DNA of 64,000 nucleotides from Trichinella spiralis. Its lineage: Eukaryota. A program made the translations under genes and the position numbers. Position 1 is the stretch's first letter. Every line of letters begins with the position of its first letter. Where the stretch lies: the NCBI RefSeq assembly GCF_000181795.1, contig NW_003526943.1:9718849-9782848 (forward strand), read 5' to 3'. Below are positions 25,701 to 48,200 of the stretch, piece by piece. Below the pieces are notes generated by a model that saw only the letters and a program-made list of their open reading frames with translations, was not told the DNA's origin and did no database searches.

Positions 25701-28700
25701 GATTTGGTGAATTTATTTTTTTTTGGTTGCAGGTTTGGGCGGTGCCGGTGCGAATGAGACGTCGAAATTTGAGCAGATCATGGTGAACATGCTCGACGAG
25801 CGGGACAAGCTTTATGAACAATTGCTCGAATGTCGTCGTCAATTGGACGAAGTGCAGGGTCGGTTGAACGAGTGCCAAAAGGAGAACGATTCGTTGCGTT
25901 GTCAACTGGACGATACGGTCGAGCCTCATTCCAAGGTACGAATGATTATTCTGCACAAATTTTGTGTATTATATTGTTTTTTGAAGATGTTTTTTTCTTT
26001 TCTTTTTTTATTTATGTTAATTTCAGGATTATCACCAGCTTGTCAAAGAGTTGAAAAAAGCCAACGAGCAACTTTTGGACCGGGAAGAGGAGATATTGGA
26101 ATTGAAAGCCGAACGCAGCAATACTAAAGTTGTTTTTTCCATTCTACACATGCATAAAATTGTTATGCTTATTTTGTTGTTGTTGTTGTTGTTGTTGTAG
26201 CTGTTGCTCGAACATTTGGAATGTTTGGTTTCGAGACACGAACGTTCGTTGCGTATGACTGTAGTGAAACGGCAGAGCCAGTCGTCGGCGGATATGTCAT
26301 CCGAGGCGGAAGTGTTGAAAGCGTTGAAATCGCTTTTCGAACATCACAAAGCTTTGGACGAGAAGGTTTGCCGAATTGCAGAAAACAAATATGAAAATTC
26401 GTTTTGTTGTTGTCTATTGTTTCGTGGGATTGTTTCTTGTGCAGGTTCGGGAACGGCTCCGTGTTGCGATGGAAAAGGTATCCTGCTTAGAAGAAGAATT
26501 AGCTCGGTCGGTGCAAGATGTAATTGGAATTTTCAATTGTTTGTTTGTTTATGTATTAGTCGATTGTATGCTTTTTGTTTTCGTAGAATGCAACGCTCAA
26601 TCAAAAATTGCGCAAAGTGAAATCGGATTACGAAAGGGAATCTGGCCGTGCGTCGTCGGATGGTTCTTACGGAAGTCAGGCTCCGGCTACTGGTGAAACG
26701 TCCGAAAATGGACCGTCGTCCGAAGCCACGTCGACCAGCAGCCACCAGTACGTCGGCCTGCAAAATGCCTACGACGAGACCAAGAACAACTTGATGAGCA
26801 CGTTGCAGCGGTTGAACGAATCCATGAATCGGTGCGTATATATATATATATTAATTTGCATATGCTGTTTTGAAAACGGCGACGAATAATTAATTAATAT
26901 CTTTAAGCATTTCGAAATTGGAGGAGACGTTGATCGCCACCAGGGACGAACTTGCCCGTGCTCAGGAAGCGAATCGTCAATTGCACAAAGATTTGCAAGA
27001 AGTTTGTCTATATTTCTGTATGTTGTATTTGCATACGAATAGTGTTGTTTTTTTTGTTTAATTATCAGAGTATGAGTTTGAAAAATGATCAAGAGGAACG
27101 TTTGAGCACGGTTGAGAAACGTTGTTTGAGTATGCATCGTGAGGCGAGTGGAATTCAAGATCGCAACGACAAATTGGAACAAGAATTGGCAGCCAAAGAT
27201 GCAGCTCTGAGATTAGTAAATTCGTTTAATTAATGAATTAATTTTTTTATTTCTGTTTAATGTGAATTCAGAACGAAGAAAAGGTACGAAATTTGAAAGA
27301 ACGCCTCGAATTAGCCGAACAGCAACTTGCTCAGTCGTTGAAGAGGAGCAGTTCGATGCCGCTTGTCGAAGCCGAATTGCAACAGCGTATGGAAGCGTTG
27401 ACCGCTTTCGAACAGAAGCATGTTTCGGCCGAAGAGCGAATTGGTCGTTTGGAGAGGCAAATTGAAGAGAAAAATGCGGAAATTGTACGCGCGTTGCAGA
27501 GAGAAAAAATGAACGAAGATCACAATCAACGTCTGTCGGCGACAGTAGACAAGCTTCTATCCGAAACCAACGAACGTTTGCAATTGCATCTCAAAGAACG
27601 GATGCAGGCGTTGGAAGACAAAAATCGTCTAGTTCAAGAATTGAAAGAGACGAAAAAAAGTCTACTTCAAGTCGATCGACTGAAGGTAAGTAGTTTAAAA
27701 TTAAAATTAAAATTTTGATCTGATCTGATCTGATTTGATTTGATTTATACGAATATAAAGTTTCGATCATAATATATATATTAGGAAAGATTGCAAGAAG
27801 AAAAAGAAGCTATGATGGGTGAATTGGAAACGTTGCGCAGCCAACTCTACGCTGCACGAACTGCTCAGATTCAAGCCAGGCTAGTTGTTTTTCTTTTTTT
27901 ATAATTATGAAAACTAATTTTTTGTTTGTTTGTTATACTGAATGACTCAATTCAGAATGCAGCCTGAAATCGGTGCTCAAACTTTACCATTGGAATCGAG
28001 CGTGACCAGACGATTGCGAAAAGGCAGGCAATGTATTGCTCGAGAAGATTCTTCCAAGGTTTATTATTTTTTTTTCTACTATAATTTGCTGCATCTTCAT
28101 TGCATGAAATTTTCCCTTAAAAATAATCCAATTCCAGGTTCAAACATTGAACGAACAAGACTGGGAACGTCTCCAACAAGCCCACGTGCTGGCGAATATT
28201 CACCAAGCATTTACGAAATCCCCGGATGATGCGCAAATCGGCGTCGGCGTCGTTGCGTCGAACGATTTAGACTCTCCATTAACTGAAATTCCAATCGATA
28301 CTAATCATGTAAATTTCTTTATTTTTCCCTTCGTTCTGAATATTTTTCGAATCGGATTATTTATTATGTGGTGCATTTTCCAGTTTGACGACTCTACTCC
28401 ACCTTATGAAGCACATTCGTTGGCGGCCATGCTCCAAGAACAAATAGATGCGTTAAATAACGAAATGAGGTGAATATATTTTCATGATTTGTTAATCGAT
28501 TAATTAATTTCTATTTTAAAATTCGATATGATCAATAGCATGCATGCATATTGTAAATGTCTAACTGTTGTTCCACTGCTGTTATTTTCATATGATATTT
28601 TTGGTTGTAGTACTTAATAAGAATAATTTGACAATTCAAGGTTTGTGGAAGAAGAACGGAAAGATGCCGAAGAACGTGAAGAACAATTGGAAGATTTGTG

Positions 28701-29307
28701 CCGAATGGGTGGCATTTCTCAGCGTTCCCTACCCAACGACCACAGTTACGTTCCGTATATGGATAGCGGTCGGTCGTCGGCGCGTACGTTGGCCACAAAT
28801 CCGGATCGTCATGTTCGAGAAGATATTCCACAGCATTCGCCTTACTCGACCATGCATCATCTCGGTGCTCAGTTTCTATGTCAAGTTAGCTTTTTTTGGC
28901 TTTTTCATTTCGAATATTTCACATTTCATTCCATTTTATTCTATTCAAGGAATACGATGCCAGGGCAGTTTCTTACGAAGGTTCCAAAGAGCCAGCGTTC
29001 AATCGAAAGCCGGTACTTCCAGACGGTGTAGTGTTCGAGTAAGTTGTATTGTTCTTATATATATATTTGGACTGTTTGGAAAAAAAGCTCTGAAAGTTTC
29101 TTGTTTTTTTGAACAGTAATATAGAGCGTCATCAAGAATCACCACACAGTAGCCCATCGTCGAGCATTCCAAGTTCGTTGAATATATCCAGCGACAAGCA
29201 CGCGTTCAATTCGTTCTCCACTTCCACTAAACGATCTTCATCAGCTGGCATCAGATCGCTCGGTCGTCTATTTGGCAAAAAGGAAAAGGTAAAAAATTCC
29301 CAAATCT

Positions 29308-29338
<31 letters not shown>

Positions 29339-30563
29339 ACAATATCATCAAAGCGGCTATCATCATCACCAAGGTGGCTTTAATTCGAGCTGGCCTGCAG
29401 AGGATTCTTTTACTAATAGAAATGCCGTTGATTTTGACATGCGTAAAAAGAAAAAGTAAATATATTGTTGAATTGAATGTATTCATTTGTTGATTGGACG
29501 TTTAATATGGTTTTTTTTATTTTTGTCGTTTCAGACATGAACTGTTGGATGAAGCGATCAAAGCGCAGACGCCTTTTTCGAAATGGAACGGCCCGACCAT
29601 TGTTGCCTGGCTAGAAGTGAGACAGACAGGGAATTTTTCCTTTTTGATCATTTAAATCAGTTGAAATAATGAGCATTGTCGTTTGAATTGCAGCTCTGGG
29701 TCGGCATGCCGGCTTGGTACGTGGCCGCTTGTCACGCGAACGTGAAATCCGGTGCGATCATGTCCGCGTTGTCGGATCAAGAAATACAACGCGAAATCGG
29801 CATCTCCAATCCACTTCATCGTCTCAAACTGCGCCTGGCCATTCAGGAGATGGTCACTTTGACGTCGCCGTCGGCTCCTCGTGGTGCCCATTACACGTCG
29901 CTGGCATTCGGCGAATTGAACCACGAGTGGATTGGCAACGACTGGCTACCGTCGTTGGGACTCAGCCAGTACAGGACGACGTTCATGGAATGTCTGGTCG
30001 ACGCTCGTATGTTGGAACACTTGACGAAAAAGGACTTGCGCCTCTATTTGAAAATGGTCGACAGTTTTCACAGGTGATCCAGGATGAAGATTTAAATTGT
30101 TTTTTTTTTATATTTTGGTTCGGTTGTTATTTCAGGGCGAGCTTACAGTATGGGATTTTTCTACTCAAGAAGTTGAATTACGATCGAAGATTGATCGACG
30201 AGCGTCGAGCAGCTTGTGAAACTAGCAACACGGGTAATGAATATTTTTATATATTATATATATAGAATTATGGTCTTTTTCGTTCTTTTTCAAGATGTAT
30301 TCGTTTGGACCAACGAAAGGTTGATGCGTTGGGTGGAGAGTATCAATTTGCCAATGTATGCTTGCAATTTACGTGAATCTGGTGTTCACGGTGCGTTGAT
30401 CGCCTGCGACGAAACGTTCGATTCGAACGCCCTGGCGTTGGTATTGCAAATACCGAACAATGACCACCAAGCAAGGCAGAGCTTGCAACGGGAGTTCCAA
30501 TGTTTGCTCCAATCAGGAACGATGCGACGTACCTCATCTTCGCAGACCGTCTCTTCTTCATGA
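22756..30563 (+). CDS. syd-2: Liprin-alpha (SYD-2/PPFIA), multi-exon, coiled-coils plus three SAM domains
   Basis: N-terminal [108 protein letters not shown]. Confidence 0.96.
29310..29343 (+). repeat. CAG/CAA repeat encoding polyQ in liprin-alpha
   Basis: Run of 11 Gln in the translated exon. Confidence 0.85.
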
Positions 30564-31609
30564 TTATGATGATGATGATGATGAGTTTGCTCCTCCCCTT
30601 CCCCCGCCGCCGCTTTACAAACACACACATACACATACATGCGCATATACAATATAATATATTTTATCTATCTATCTATCTGGTCTCAGTTTTAAAAATG
30701 AAAAAAAATACAATTTTTTTTATCACAGTTGAATTTTTACAACACGATGCATTTTCATTCATTCATTCATCACGAACAAAAATGGCTATATTTGATGAAT
30801 TCTTTTTTTTATTGTTTTGTTTATCAGTAAAAATTGTGAACAACAACGACGAAGATGCAGCATCTTTTTCTGTGTTTTTTATAAAAGTAATTAATATCCG
30901 ATTAATTCTGTTTTAAATACGAGACTTTGTGGAAAAAAATTTTCTTTGAAAAAAAAAGATGTAAGGTAAGTATGGTGGTATATTTCTCTGCTTTGGGTAT
31001 TTTATGATTATTTCTTGTTTTGTTTTGCAGTTTAATTTTTCACAGAAAATGAAAAACGGTTCCATTTCGTGTTGAAATATAACGAAAAAATGGACAACAA
31101 CTGATCGGTTGGTAACCTGTCGAACCGAGCTTTAATTATCAAAACAAAAAAATGTATATAAATATATAATAAAGAAAAAAATTGTTTTTTTTGAAAGTGA
31201 ATAATATGGCAACAACAACGTTCAACAATGATTGGTGGGTTGGATTGGTTGGTTGCTTCATCACCATCGCATTCGAATGAACGAGATGAACGTTGCAAGA
31301 AGTACAGTGGACCAAATTCACAAATTTGCACGCATGCAAATATTGAGAGAGATGTAAAGTTTGAAAAAAAAATTCTTTTTCTTCTCTTGCTACTAATTCT
31401 GCATATATTAAAACCCTCATTCCTGTTTTGAAGAACCATTAACAATTTTCAAAATTCCCAATTAAATAATAAAACTAGGCAACAAACGAGTTTGAATGTG
31501 CTGAACTTTCTTTCAACAAGAACAGAGGAGACAGATGCAAACAAGTTGTAGCAAAATAATAAAATTAAATTAATAATAATAATAATAATAATCAAAATAT
31601 GACTTGTTT

Positions 31610-39130
<7,521 letters not shown>

Positions 39131-39480
39131 CGTCCTGCCTGTCCCATAAGAATGCGCGCATCAATGAAAACTACGACAAAATTGCAATAATTTCACTTTT
39201 CCAAGCCGACCGCATCACTTCCGTGTTGCTGTGGAAAAATGACGACGAATTAAATTTTTTTTTTCCGTTCGTCTGTCTGGATGTCTGTCTGTTTGTCTGT
39301 ATCTGTTTGGGTGTCTGTATCTGTTCTTTTTTCCGCGTCAAGTAGAATAAAAATTGTAAAACGCCAACGCAGCCCCAGATCACTACGCAACAATTATTCT
39401 ATTACTCACGTGCTGCTGCTTGGTCGTTTTATGAATGAACAAAACGAATTGCATGAATCAACCAAAAGCTGGCTGGCTGG

Positions 39481-39502
39481 CTGCTGCTGCTGCTGCTGCT
39501 GC
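39481..39502. repeat. (CTG/CAG)7 microsatellite upstream of the EGR start codon
   Basis: Read directly. Confidence 0.9.
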
Positions 39503-42037
39503 AATTGCAGTTGGTGTGTGTGTAGGCTGGTCGGCCGGCTGGCAATGGTGAATCGACATCGTCGACTGCTTCGACGTGTTTCACCAGCGTTTTCCTGCGT
39601 AACTTGTTGATTCAACTGGCAGCCGATAAAATTTTAAAGCTCTTATTGATTTTTCCCAACACAACTAACTCCACCACTACTAACTACTACTAACGTTAAT
39701 TTCTTCTGCAATATTTTCTGATTATATTCTCTTTTTTTGGACAAAAAATTATTACATCTTCTTAATTTTGGTTTTTTTTCTTTTATTTCAAATTCAATCG
39801 ATCTAGTTTTAATATTAAAAAAAATAAAAAATATTGATAAATCATAAAGCGAGAGATAGAAGAATCTTTTGCAAAATTTTTCAAGCTTGTTTTCGTCATT
39901 AACTACGTTGAAACATTGGCAAAGCCGGCTTCAACTGACCTGTTTTACTATTTCTCTATATTTGCTTTCTCACTTCTTCTTCTATTGCATAAGTTTCTCC
40001 GTTTCTCTCTTTCTCTTCTGGCTGCCTGTATTGATCGTGATGCAGCCAATAATTCACCAGTCGACCAGAACAAGAACAGCACAACAAGCCTATTTGGCAT
40101 AATAATAAGGAAACGAGAAACTGATGATTCTCTTCTTCCACTTTTTCATCACGCACGCATGCATGCATCAATTACAATATTCCACTACATTTTTAATAAC
40201 AAATTTCCATCTTTTCTTATAATTTTCCCATAAATAATTCCCAAACATAATTTCATTCTTAAAACAAATCAAACAACCCATCAATACAACAATAACAACA
40301 ATATGTTCTTTTTTATTTTCAACATTTTCACAATTTTTCTTCTTTCCTTTTTTTTACCATTTTGTAAAATCATTCACTTTTTTGTACTTTATTTTCACAT
40401 AAACGATAACTCTAATTTAAGCGACATTCTAATTCTAATTTTTCTTTTTTTTTTGCATAAAAGGCATTACACAACAATATATGGTATACTGAAATAATAT
40501 CCTCTCAATTCTATTACAATTTATTGAAAAAACGAAAAACATTTGTAACGTTTCTTCACGTGATTACTGTATGTGTACAAAATTATACATATACATATTC
40601 AGGTTATTTTTATTAATCAGTAAATAAAATTTTGATCATAAAATTATTTTTTAATTATATTGTTTGAAAAATTAAAAACAAACTCTTGATTTGACAATTT
40701 ATTATTTTCAACACTAAATACTGAATGAAAAATCACACTCTCGTAGTATATTATCAAAATAACAACATCATAATTTATGATGATATATTTCAACATTTCA
40801 GCAATTGCAATACTTTGCAATTGTTGAAAATATTCATTGCTGTTATTATTTATTATTTCAAGCAAAAATGTTTCGAAAATAAAGTATTCGCATTAACATA
40901 AATACAACTTTAGAATTCAATTTAACCGTGCGTGCGTTAATTGCAAGATTTTTTTAATTTGATTTTGAAGTAAAAAATAAAAAATATATACAAATAAATA
41001 AATGGAAAGCTAATTTTATAAGCCAATTGCTCATTTTTATTAAGAAATAAATTTGCAATGACAGAAATGATAAAAAGCTGTCTTATTATCATTGATGAGA
41101 ATACAATTTACAACCACACAATATCCCGACTATGTTTTTGATGTGTTTCAATTGGAAATTAATTTCGAATATTGTTCAAAGATCAAAAAACAAGGCAAAT
41201 TTTCCATGTTAAAAAGTAGTTTCTGTTGAAATGTATTTCATTTAGTGATTTAAAATTTAAGCAACATTGGCAAAAAGAGAAACTACTTTTCAGATTTGAT
41301 TACATGAATTTTACAATGTAAACAATATACGAATTGCAAATAAATTTTTAATTTTAAAGTTTAATAAAAGAAGAACTATTTCGAAAGTGCTTGGAAACCG
41401 CTGAATGTACAGATGAAAAATTTTACATTTTTTTGAACATTCGACAAAAACTATAATTTTAATGTTCAGCGATATACCAGTTGAAAATGAAGTGGTAGAT
41501 TACATCGAAAAATTACACAAAATAACTTTTTATCAGCACAGTTTTTAAAAAAATAAATCTCAATTTAATATTGAATTTTTATTTTTGAAAGTTTGTGAAA
41601 AGTTTGAAATTATTTTTAGCTTTTCTTGATAATTATACAAGGATTGATTTCATGCGTTTAAAGAATAAATTTTATTTAACAACAAAAAGACGTCCATTGA
41701 TTGTTCGCAATTTCATGATCTATTGTTCACTTTATAAAATAAGCTACCACAACAACTCGCTGCTATATGCTCATTATCCAGCGTATTATTTTTCTTTTCA
41801 TTTGTTAAAGCTTTCGTTTTTACAACAAACAAGCAGCTGTTGAAATTTTAATAACTTAATAAAAATAATAACAACAGCAATAAAGATTGTGCAACAGAAT
41901 AAATATTGCGTTCAAAATTTGCAAATATGAAAACTATTTAATAATGCTTTTGATGATTTTTTACAATAATTTTATTAAACTTCCAGTTTAAAGTGAAAAA
42001 AAATTAAAATTTGAATTCAGTTATAAATTGTTTCGTT

Positions 42038-43369
42038 CTAGATGTATGGACTTTGATTAATAGACATCATTCCAATTGCTCGATGTGATTTTGTTCTTCG
42101 CCAATCCTCTGTCTGAAAAGTATCCAGGCAGTGATAGAACTTTCAACGACAACAATATAAAAAATTAAAAACCAACTCACTCCATAATACCCAATGATTT
42201 TTGCGCTTTCCAACGAGAAATCGTTTGCTTAAACCATAGCTGTTGTCAAAATTGTTCATCTTTTCTCCAAGCATATCCACAAAGCTGAGTTTTGGATTGT
42301 ATTCATAAGCGTCATATGCATCTGAATGAAAAATTATCAATTCATAATTTAATTTTAAAAAGAAAAACATTTCATTAAATAAATAAACCTACTTTCCAAG
42401 TTAAACTCGGATGACAACTTTTGTGGAAAACTTTGCTGACTGGAAGTTATTGCCTTAAAAATTGTTCAACAATACTTTATTCAATGAAATGCAATATAAT
42501 ATTTTTTATTGATTCATACGGAAATCTACTTTTCTATTTGAAATTATTTAATGTGATGTTCATGTAAAAAACTAATTTCAACTTTTAAAAGTAATATGCT
42601 TGAAATTCATTTGCTGTTGTTTTCAATGTGAAATTAAAATTTTTCTATGCATAAAACAGCATCATGCAATTGTTTTAAAAATCAAAAATGCGAAACGTTC
42701 TGTACAAATTTGCATCAATGTGGATTTGAAAAAAAAACTGCATGAAACTGATCAAATATTTGCCATACAACGACGATGTTTTTTTTCATTGCATTCTTCA
42801 AATATAGTGCGGATTTGATTTGGAATTGTGCAGAGTTGTAATGAATAAACTGATGAAAAACATTTATCTTTGATCAAATACAAAAATATTTGCATTGTTC
42901 TATTTGATATTTATTATTTATGAAATTAAAAAAATATTTCATTTCGAGTGTAAATGCCGAACTATTGTTTGCTATTAAAACATGAAACAGATGTTATTAT
43001 CACAGGGAAGTTTGCATTAATTTCATCTTTACTTTTAAATTACTCATCATGAGAGATGTATCTTTGTAAGCTGTATGACTGTTTTCTTCCAAGCCGATAT
43101 ATATTTTTTTTTCATTTTTCGAATTTACAATATTTTCATACGAAATTTTATCATTTTCCTCACAACTGATTAAACATTTCAGATTGTTACGAGCAAAATT
43201 TCCGTACAACTGATCAACATGCATACAATTCAAATTATTAAAAATTTAAAATAAAGAAAATAAATAGTGATGTTTTCTATTTATTTATAATGATAAATCT
43301 TACCGGCTTAGCTGTGGTAAAAAATGTAATAAACGACAGGAGAACAAGTAAGCAGAACAGTTTTGCCAT
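42038..43369 (-). CDS. Small secreted protein, putative neuropeptide precursor; exons about 43369-43304, 42453-42393, 42321-42191, 42112-42038
   Basis: Signal peptide MAKLFCLLVLLSFITFFTTAKP, phase-compatible GT-AG junctions, and processing motif SKR-FLV-GKR. The last exon acceptor is ambiguous. Confidence 0.65.
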
Positions 43370-45265
43370 GATTTGAGAGCAGAAGATCAAGAATAGAGTG
43401 ATTTTTCTTGGTGAAGGTAAAGGTAAGATTTACAGTCCCTTGTGGTCAACTGACGCGAGAGAATCAGCACAAGCGTTTGTCATGCAGTGGCAAGTTTAAT
43501 AGCACGTTCAATAAGTTGAAGCTCAAATCGGCCAAGACCAATGGCGATGCGGGATTTTATGCAGAAAAGTGGAAAAGCTATTAAAATTTTTATGAAATCA
43601 CAATGTGTCGACATTGGCATGAACTAACTCATGCATATTGTCGACAAGTTGGATGAATTGAACGAGACGACGTCACAAGCAAAAGAGTCAACCTCCAAGT
43701 ACAACCACCACCGAGGGCATCGTCAATAGATGAAATGTTTTTTTTAATATTTCATAAATCGTCCATTGTTCCCTTTACAAAATCTATGCAAAATACAATG
43801 TCCAGTCAGAAATCACGCCTGTGATTTAATTGAAAGATGCAAAGAAAGAAAATTATCCATTATTTAACGCGCTGTTACTCATCCAAAAACCAAATCATCC
43901 ATATCCAAACAATTCAAATGACTAATTTTGCAGTTTCTTTTAAATAACTAATAACATTTTTGATATATATATACATATATATATATATATTTCTCATTAA
44001 AAAAAAGAAAAAAACATTTTATTTCTGCATTTCAGACATGCAAAATTGATTACAACTTGATCAACAATTTATTCTCATCTCTACCAACGGTGATATATAA
44101 CTTTTGTCGAATTAGCAAAATTGATTACAATCGATTTACAACTATTTTACAGTAATTTGCTTTCAATTTTCCACGGACAAGTTTGACATTTCTGTCGCTA
44201 AAAATTCCACCACCAATTACCACTGAAGCAATTTATTCATATTTCAATACTTTTTTCAACTTGTTCAATTATCATCATATTCAATATTTTTATTCAACTT
44301 TATGTAAAGTTTTTACAAAAAATTATCCATCCATTATATTATGGAAGTTGACCGAAAGTTTGTGCAAAACTGTGAAAATTTCAATTGCATATCATTCGCA
44401 AGGTGAAAGTTGCAAATGTAATTTTTTCAACATGATCAACTTTGAAATGAAAATTATTCAAATGTGATAATTATTTCTTCTGTTAAATTAATTATAACAT
44501 TATTAGACTGACTTGTGTCATATTTCAGTTTCATTTGTGAAATTTGAAATTGAAAAACAAAAGCGGAAGTAAAGAAACACGGAAATTATGTTTTTTTTAA
44601 ATTCTATTGAGTAATAAAAATTAAATTTTTATATAAAGATATCAAAAATATTGGAAATAATTTATTCTTTTTCCACTATACTGATATTCGAATGCATGTG
44701 TTATTTTTAATTTTTAACTTAATAAAACTTTAAACTGTTTATTGAAAAAGCATAATAATGTAATTTAAAGAAAGTTTTAATTTAAAAAGAAATATTTCAT
44801 GAAAATTCGTTTTCTCTCCAAATGTAAAACTGAAATTTGATTTGATCATTTCAAAAAATTCACTTTACATTTTTCACGTCACAGCGCATAATAAAAATAT
44901 AATTTAAATTTTTATTAATTTTTTCTTTTGTATTACTTATAACAAAATCACTGCAGTGTGATTGATAATCTTTGCTTCATAATTGGCAGTTTTTTGAAGC
45001 ATACATTTTACGATTGTATTTTATCAGTTTTGATTTTTAGATTTAATAATAATAAAAAACTTTCAAGTCATTTTCATATGATAAGAATTTACGAATTGGC
45101 CATATTTTACATTGTTCAACAAAATCAAGTCTTACGAATGCACTGCAATTATTTTCGTTATTATTATCATTATAATTATTATTGCAGTTGTAATTGAGCA
45201 TCATAGAGATTCAAAAAATTTTATGAATAAAAATGAAAATACAAAATAATGCAAAAAAAGAAAAT

Positions 45266-48200
45266 TCAACAACGAAGTCCGACGGCCGAAGTCAGCTTTT
45301 TACATGCCAAAGCAAAATCCTTCATTTTCACCGCATAAATGACCACATTGCAAATGCTGTTGCTGTATCCAAGCCAAGTGAACGCGTCCACCAAGCTCGA
45401 AGGAATTGCATCTGGTAAAGCATAATCTGAAAATGCACGTTCATCATATTATTTAAAAATTTTCTATAAAATGAACATTTTTTTCATTAATAAATTTTGA
45501 TCAACGTGTGTGAATAAATATTATTCAAGATTATTTAAATTTTCAGTTTATGCATTTCATTTGAAAGAAATAACATTATTGCAATATATTTTATTTTTGA
45601 TCATATTGTGCTTGATATCTTAACATTTAGCTAAATTTAAAATAAAATAAAATTATAATTAACTATGAGCAGAGAAAAATTGAATAACATTCAGTTGTTA
45701 GACAAGCTTGCTTGTGTATAAAACACACGTATCTAAAAATTTGAAATAAATTTTTTTCAAAAAAATAATATTTCCATAAATTCAAATAAGTGAACAAATG
45801 AATCAAATTTTGCATGTGCAAAACAGCAACGTGCATTTATAACGTTTGTGATAATTTTTGAAACTTTCAATTTTGAAATTTATTATTTTTCATCAATTTC
45901 AATCAAGGATCAATTTCAAATAAATATTAAGCGAAAATTTCTGTTTCTTGATCAACCGCATGAACGACTTTGATGATTAAATTCTTCAATGTAAATGTTA
46001 TGCACTATCAAATCGACAATTTTCAATAAGAAGCATCTAATTTTAGCAAACGATAAGGTCAAAACGGAACACATCCAAATTAAATTAACTTAAACAGAAA
46101 GCTTCGGTTAATAATTAAACTACCTTTCCATATTTCTACAATAAACAAACTAATCTTGACTGTACATGATTTTAGTAAACAAGAAGAAATTTCCCTTCAT
46201 CATCACATTTGCGACAACTATTATAAAACCACTACTTATAATAATAATATGAAATTCATGTATTATTCAAAAAACATAGAAATTAAAAATATATAAATAA
46301 TAATAGAATATATTCTGACAGTTATTATTACAAAATTGAATTTCACAGTGCATTATGCTTTTTGGATAATGATTCTTTTTATATTACGTGATTTTTAATT
46401 GAAACAAAGCAAAATTCTTTTTGCATCATAAACGCATGCTTCATTAGTTTGAAAATATATACTAATGGATGGAACAGCTGCAAAAAATGCTTTAAAATTT
46501 TACTTTATATTTTTAATATTGTAATTTATTTTTTAATTTACATTTCATAATTTGGTTTCATAACATCATATGATCATATTAGCACAAACGAACAACGTTG
46601 CATATTAAAATCGCACTTAAGAACTTAAATGTCGATACTGTTTGATGACAACGTTAAAACACCAAAAACTTTAAAGAGTAAAACAGATTTATATCTAATA
46701 AATAAACCCACAGCAAATAAATTAAATTAAAATTTTATGAAATACATTTATTCCTATTTTTCACTTAAAAAATTGAATAGTTTTAAATTGTAAGTTATTC
46801 CAATTCAAAAAATATTTTATTTAGTGTTTAAATTAAGCAAGTGTATTTAATATTCAAATTTTTGCTCTTGACTTAAGGGTTACTGTATAATTAAATGTCT
46901 ACTTTGAATTTATTGCAAAAGGCATCTTTGCAAACGTTTCAAACTCTACATTTAAAAGTAATTTCACACTTATAGCGTCATTTCAGCATAACTAAACTGC
47001 CATATAATTAAAATAAATTCTGTTCGAGCTATAAAAGTGCATTTTTCATTTTACCTAAAAATTGTTAGCTTGAACATCCGCACTATTTCATAAGTTTAAA
47101 TTATAATAATTTTAAACTGAAAAAATGCCCTTTGCAAATTAATTAAAAATATTTCTGAATGCATTTTTCAATGTTTTACGGATGTTTTGCTTAGTTAAAT
47201 TTTGTTTTTTTTTTGTCAGTTATAGCGCTTCATTAATATCTGCACAAAGCAAAACAAGGTGATAAGTTGTCAGACTCATCTTCACACTTTCTCATGCCTA
47301 AGCACGCAGTCAAACTCAATATTCATTATGAAATGAAGTTCATATTGATTTTCTTAATTGCATGTATGTTTATGCAAAATGCGAATTAATTTCCCAATTT
47401 TATATTACGTTAATTATATTAAGAATGTGCTATTCTGTCTACATTTAAATGTAATTTCGAAAAAAAACTTTAAATAAATGATTTCTCAATAATAAATGCA
47501 TTAACTAATAATGGATACATCAGAAATTTAAATGATGTTACAGTGAAATGCAAAGCTATTTAATTAGTTTATGAAATATAAAACGGGTGAAAGCAAATTA
47601 GTCTTTAAATAATAAGAAATGTCTAAACATTTGAATTTTAATAAAATTTTATGTCATTCATTTATTCTGTTTTACATATAACTAACTATAAGCGTGTTAT
47701 ATATAAATATTTATTTATATATTTATGCATAAAGGTGCATGTGAAAAGTGCACAGTTAATTTATTAATGAATAACTAAAGCCGTGTTAACAACTGGCATG
47801 CAAATTGAAATACTTTAATTAACATAATTACAACTAAAACGTCTCAATAATAAGCAAATAAGAGGACAACTATGAATGTAAAAACGTGACAACTAGCATT
47901 TTAGAGCAATGCATTGCTTGTCCAGTATAGAAGTGCAAAGCATTGATTCAGTTCAAACTGATGTACCTGTTTTATCAAGATTGCAACTGAAGGCATCACT
48001 ATTATTAGATTATTATAAGTTAATAAAAAATTACTAATACAAAAAACACATAAAAGCTTTCATGCTATAAAATATTCAAAATTTAAATAACAGTTTCATC
48101 AAGTCAGAAATCAAGCTAAAATAATGATTCTTCAAAACCATTTATTTACATGTCCATGATTTTTTGTTTTATTTTAATTACACAACTCTGAAAGGTAGTA

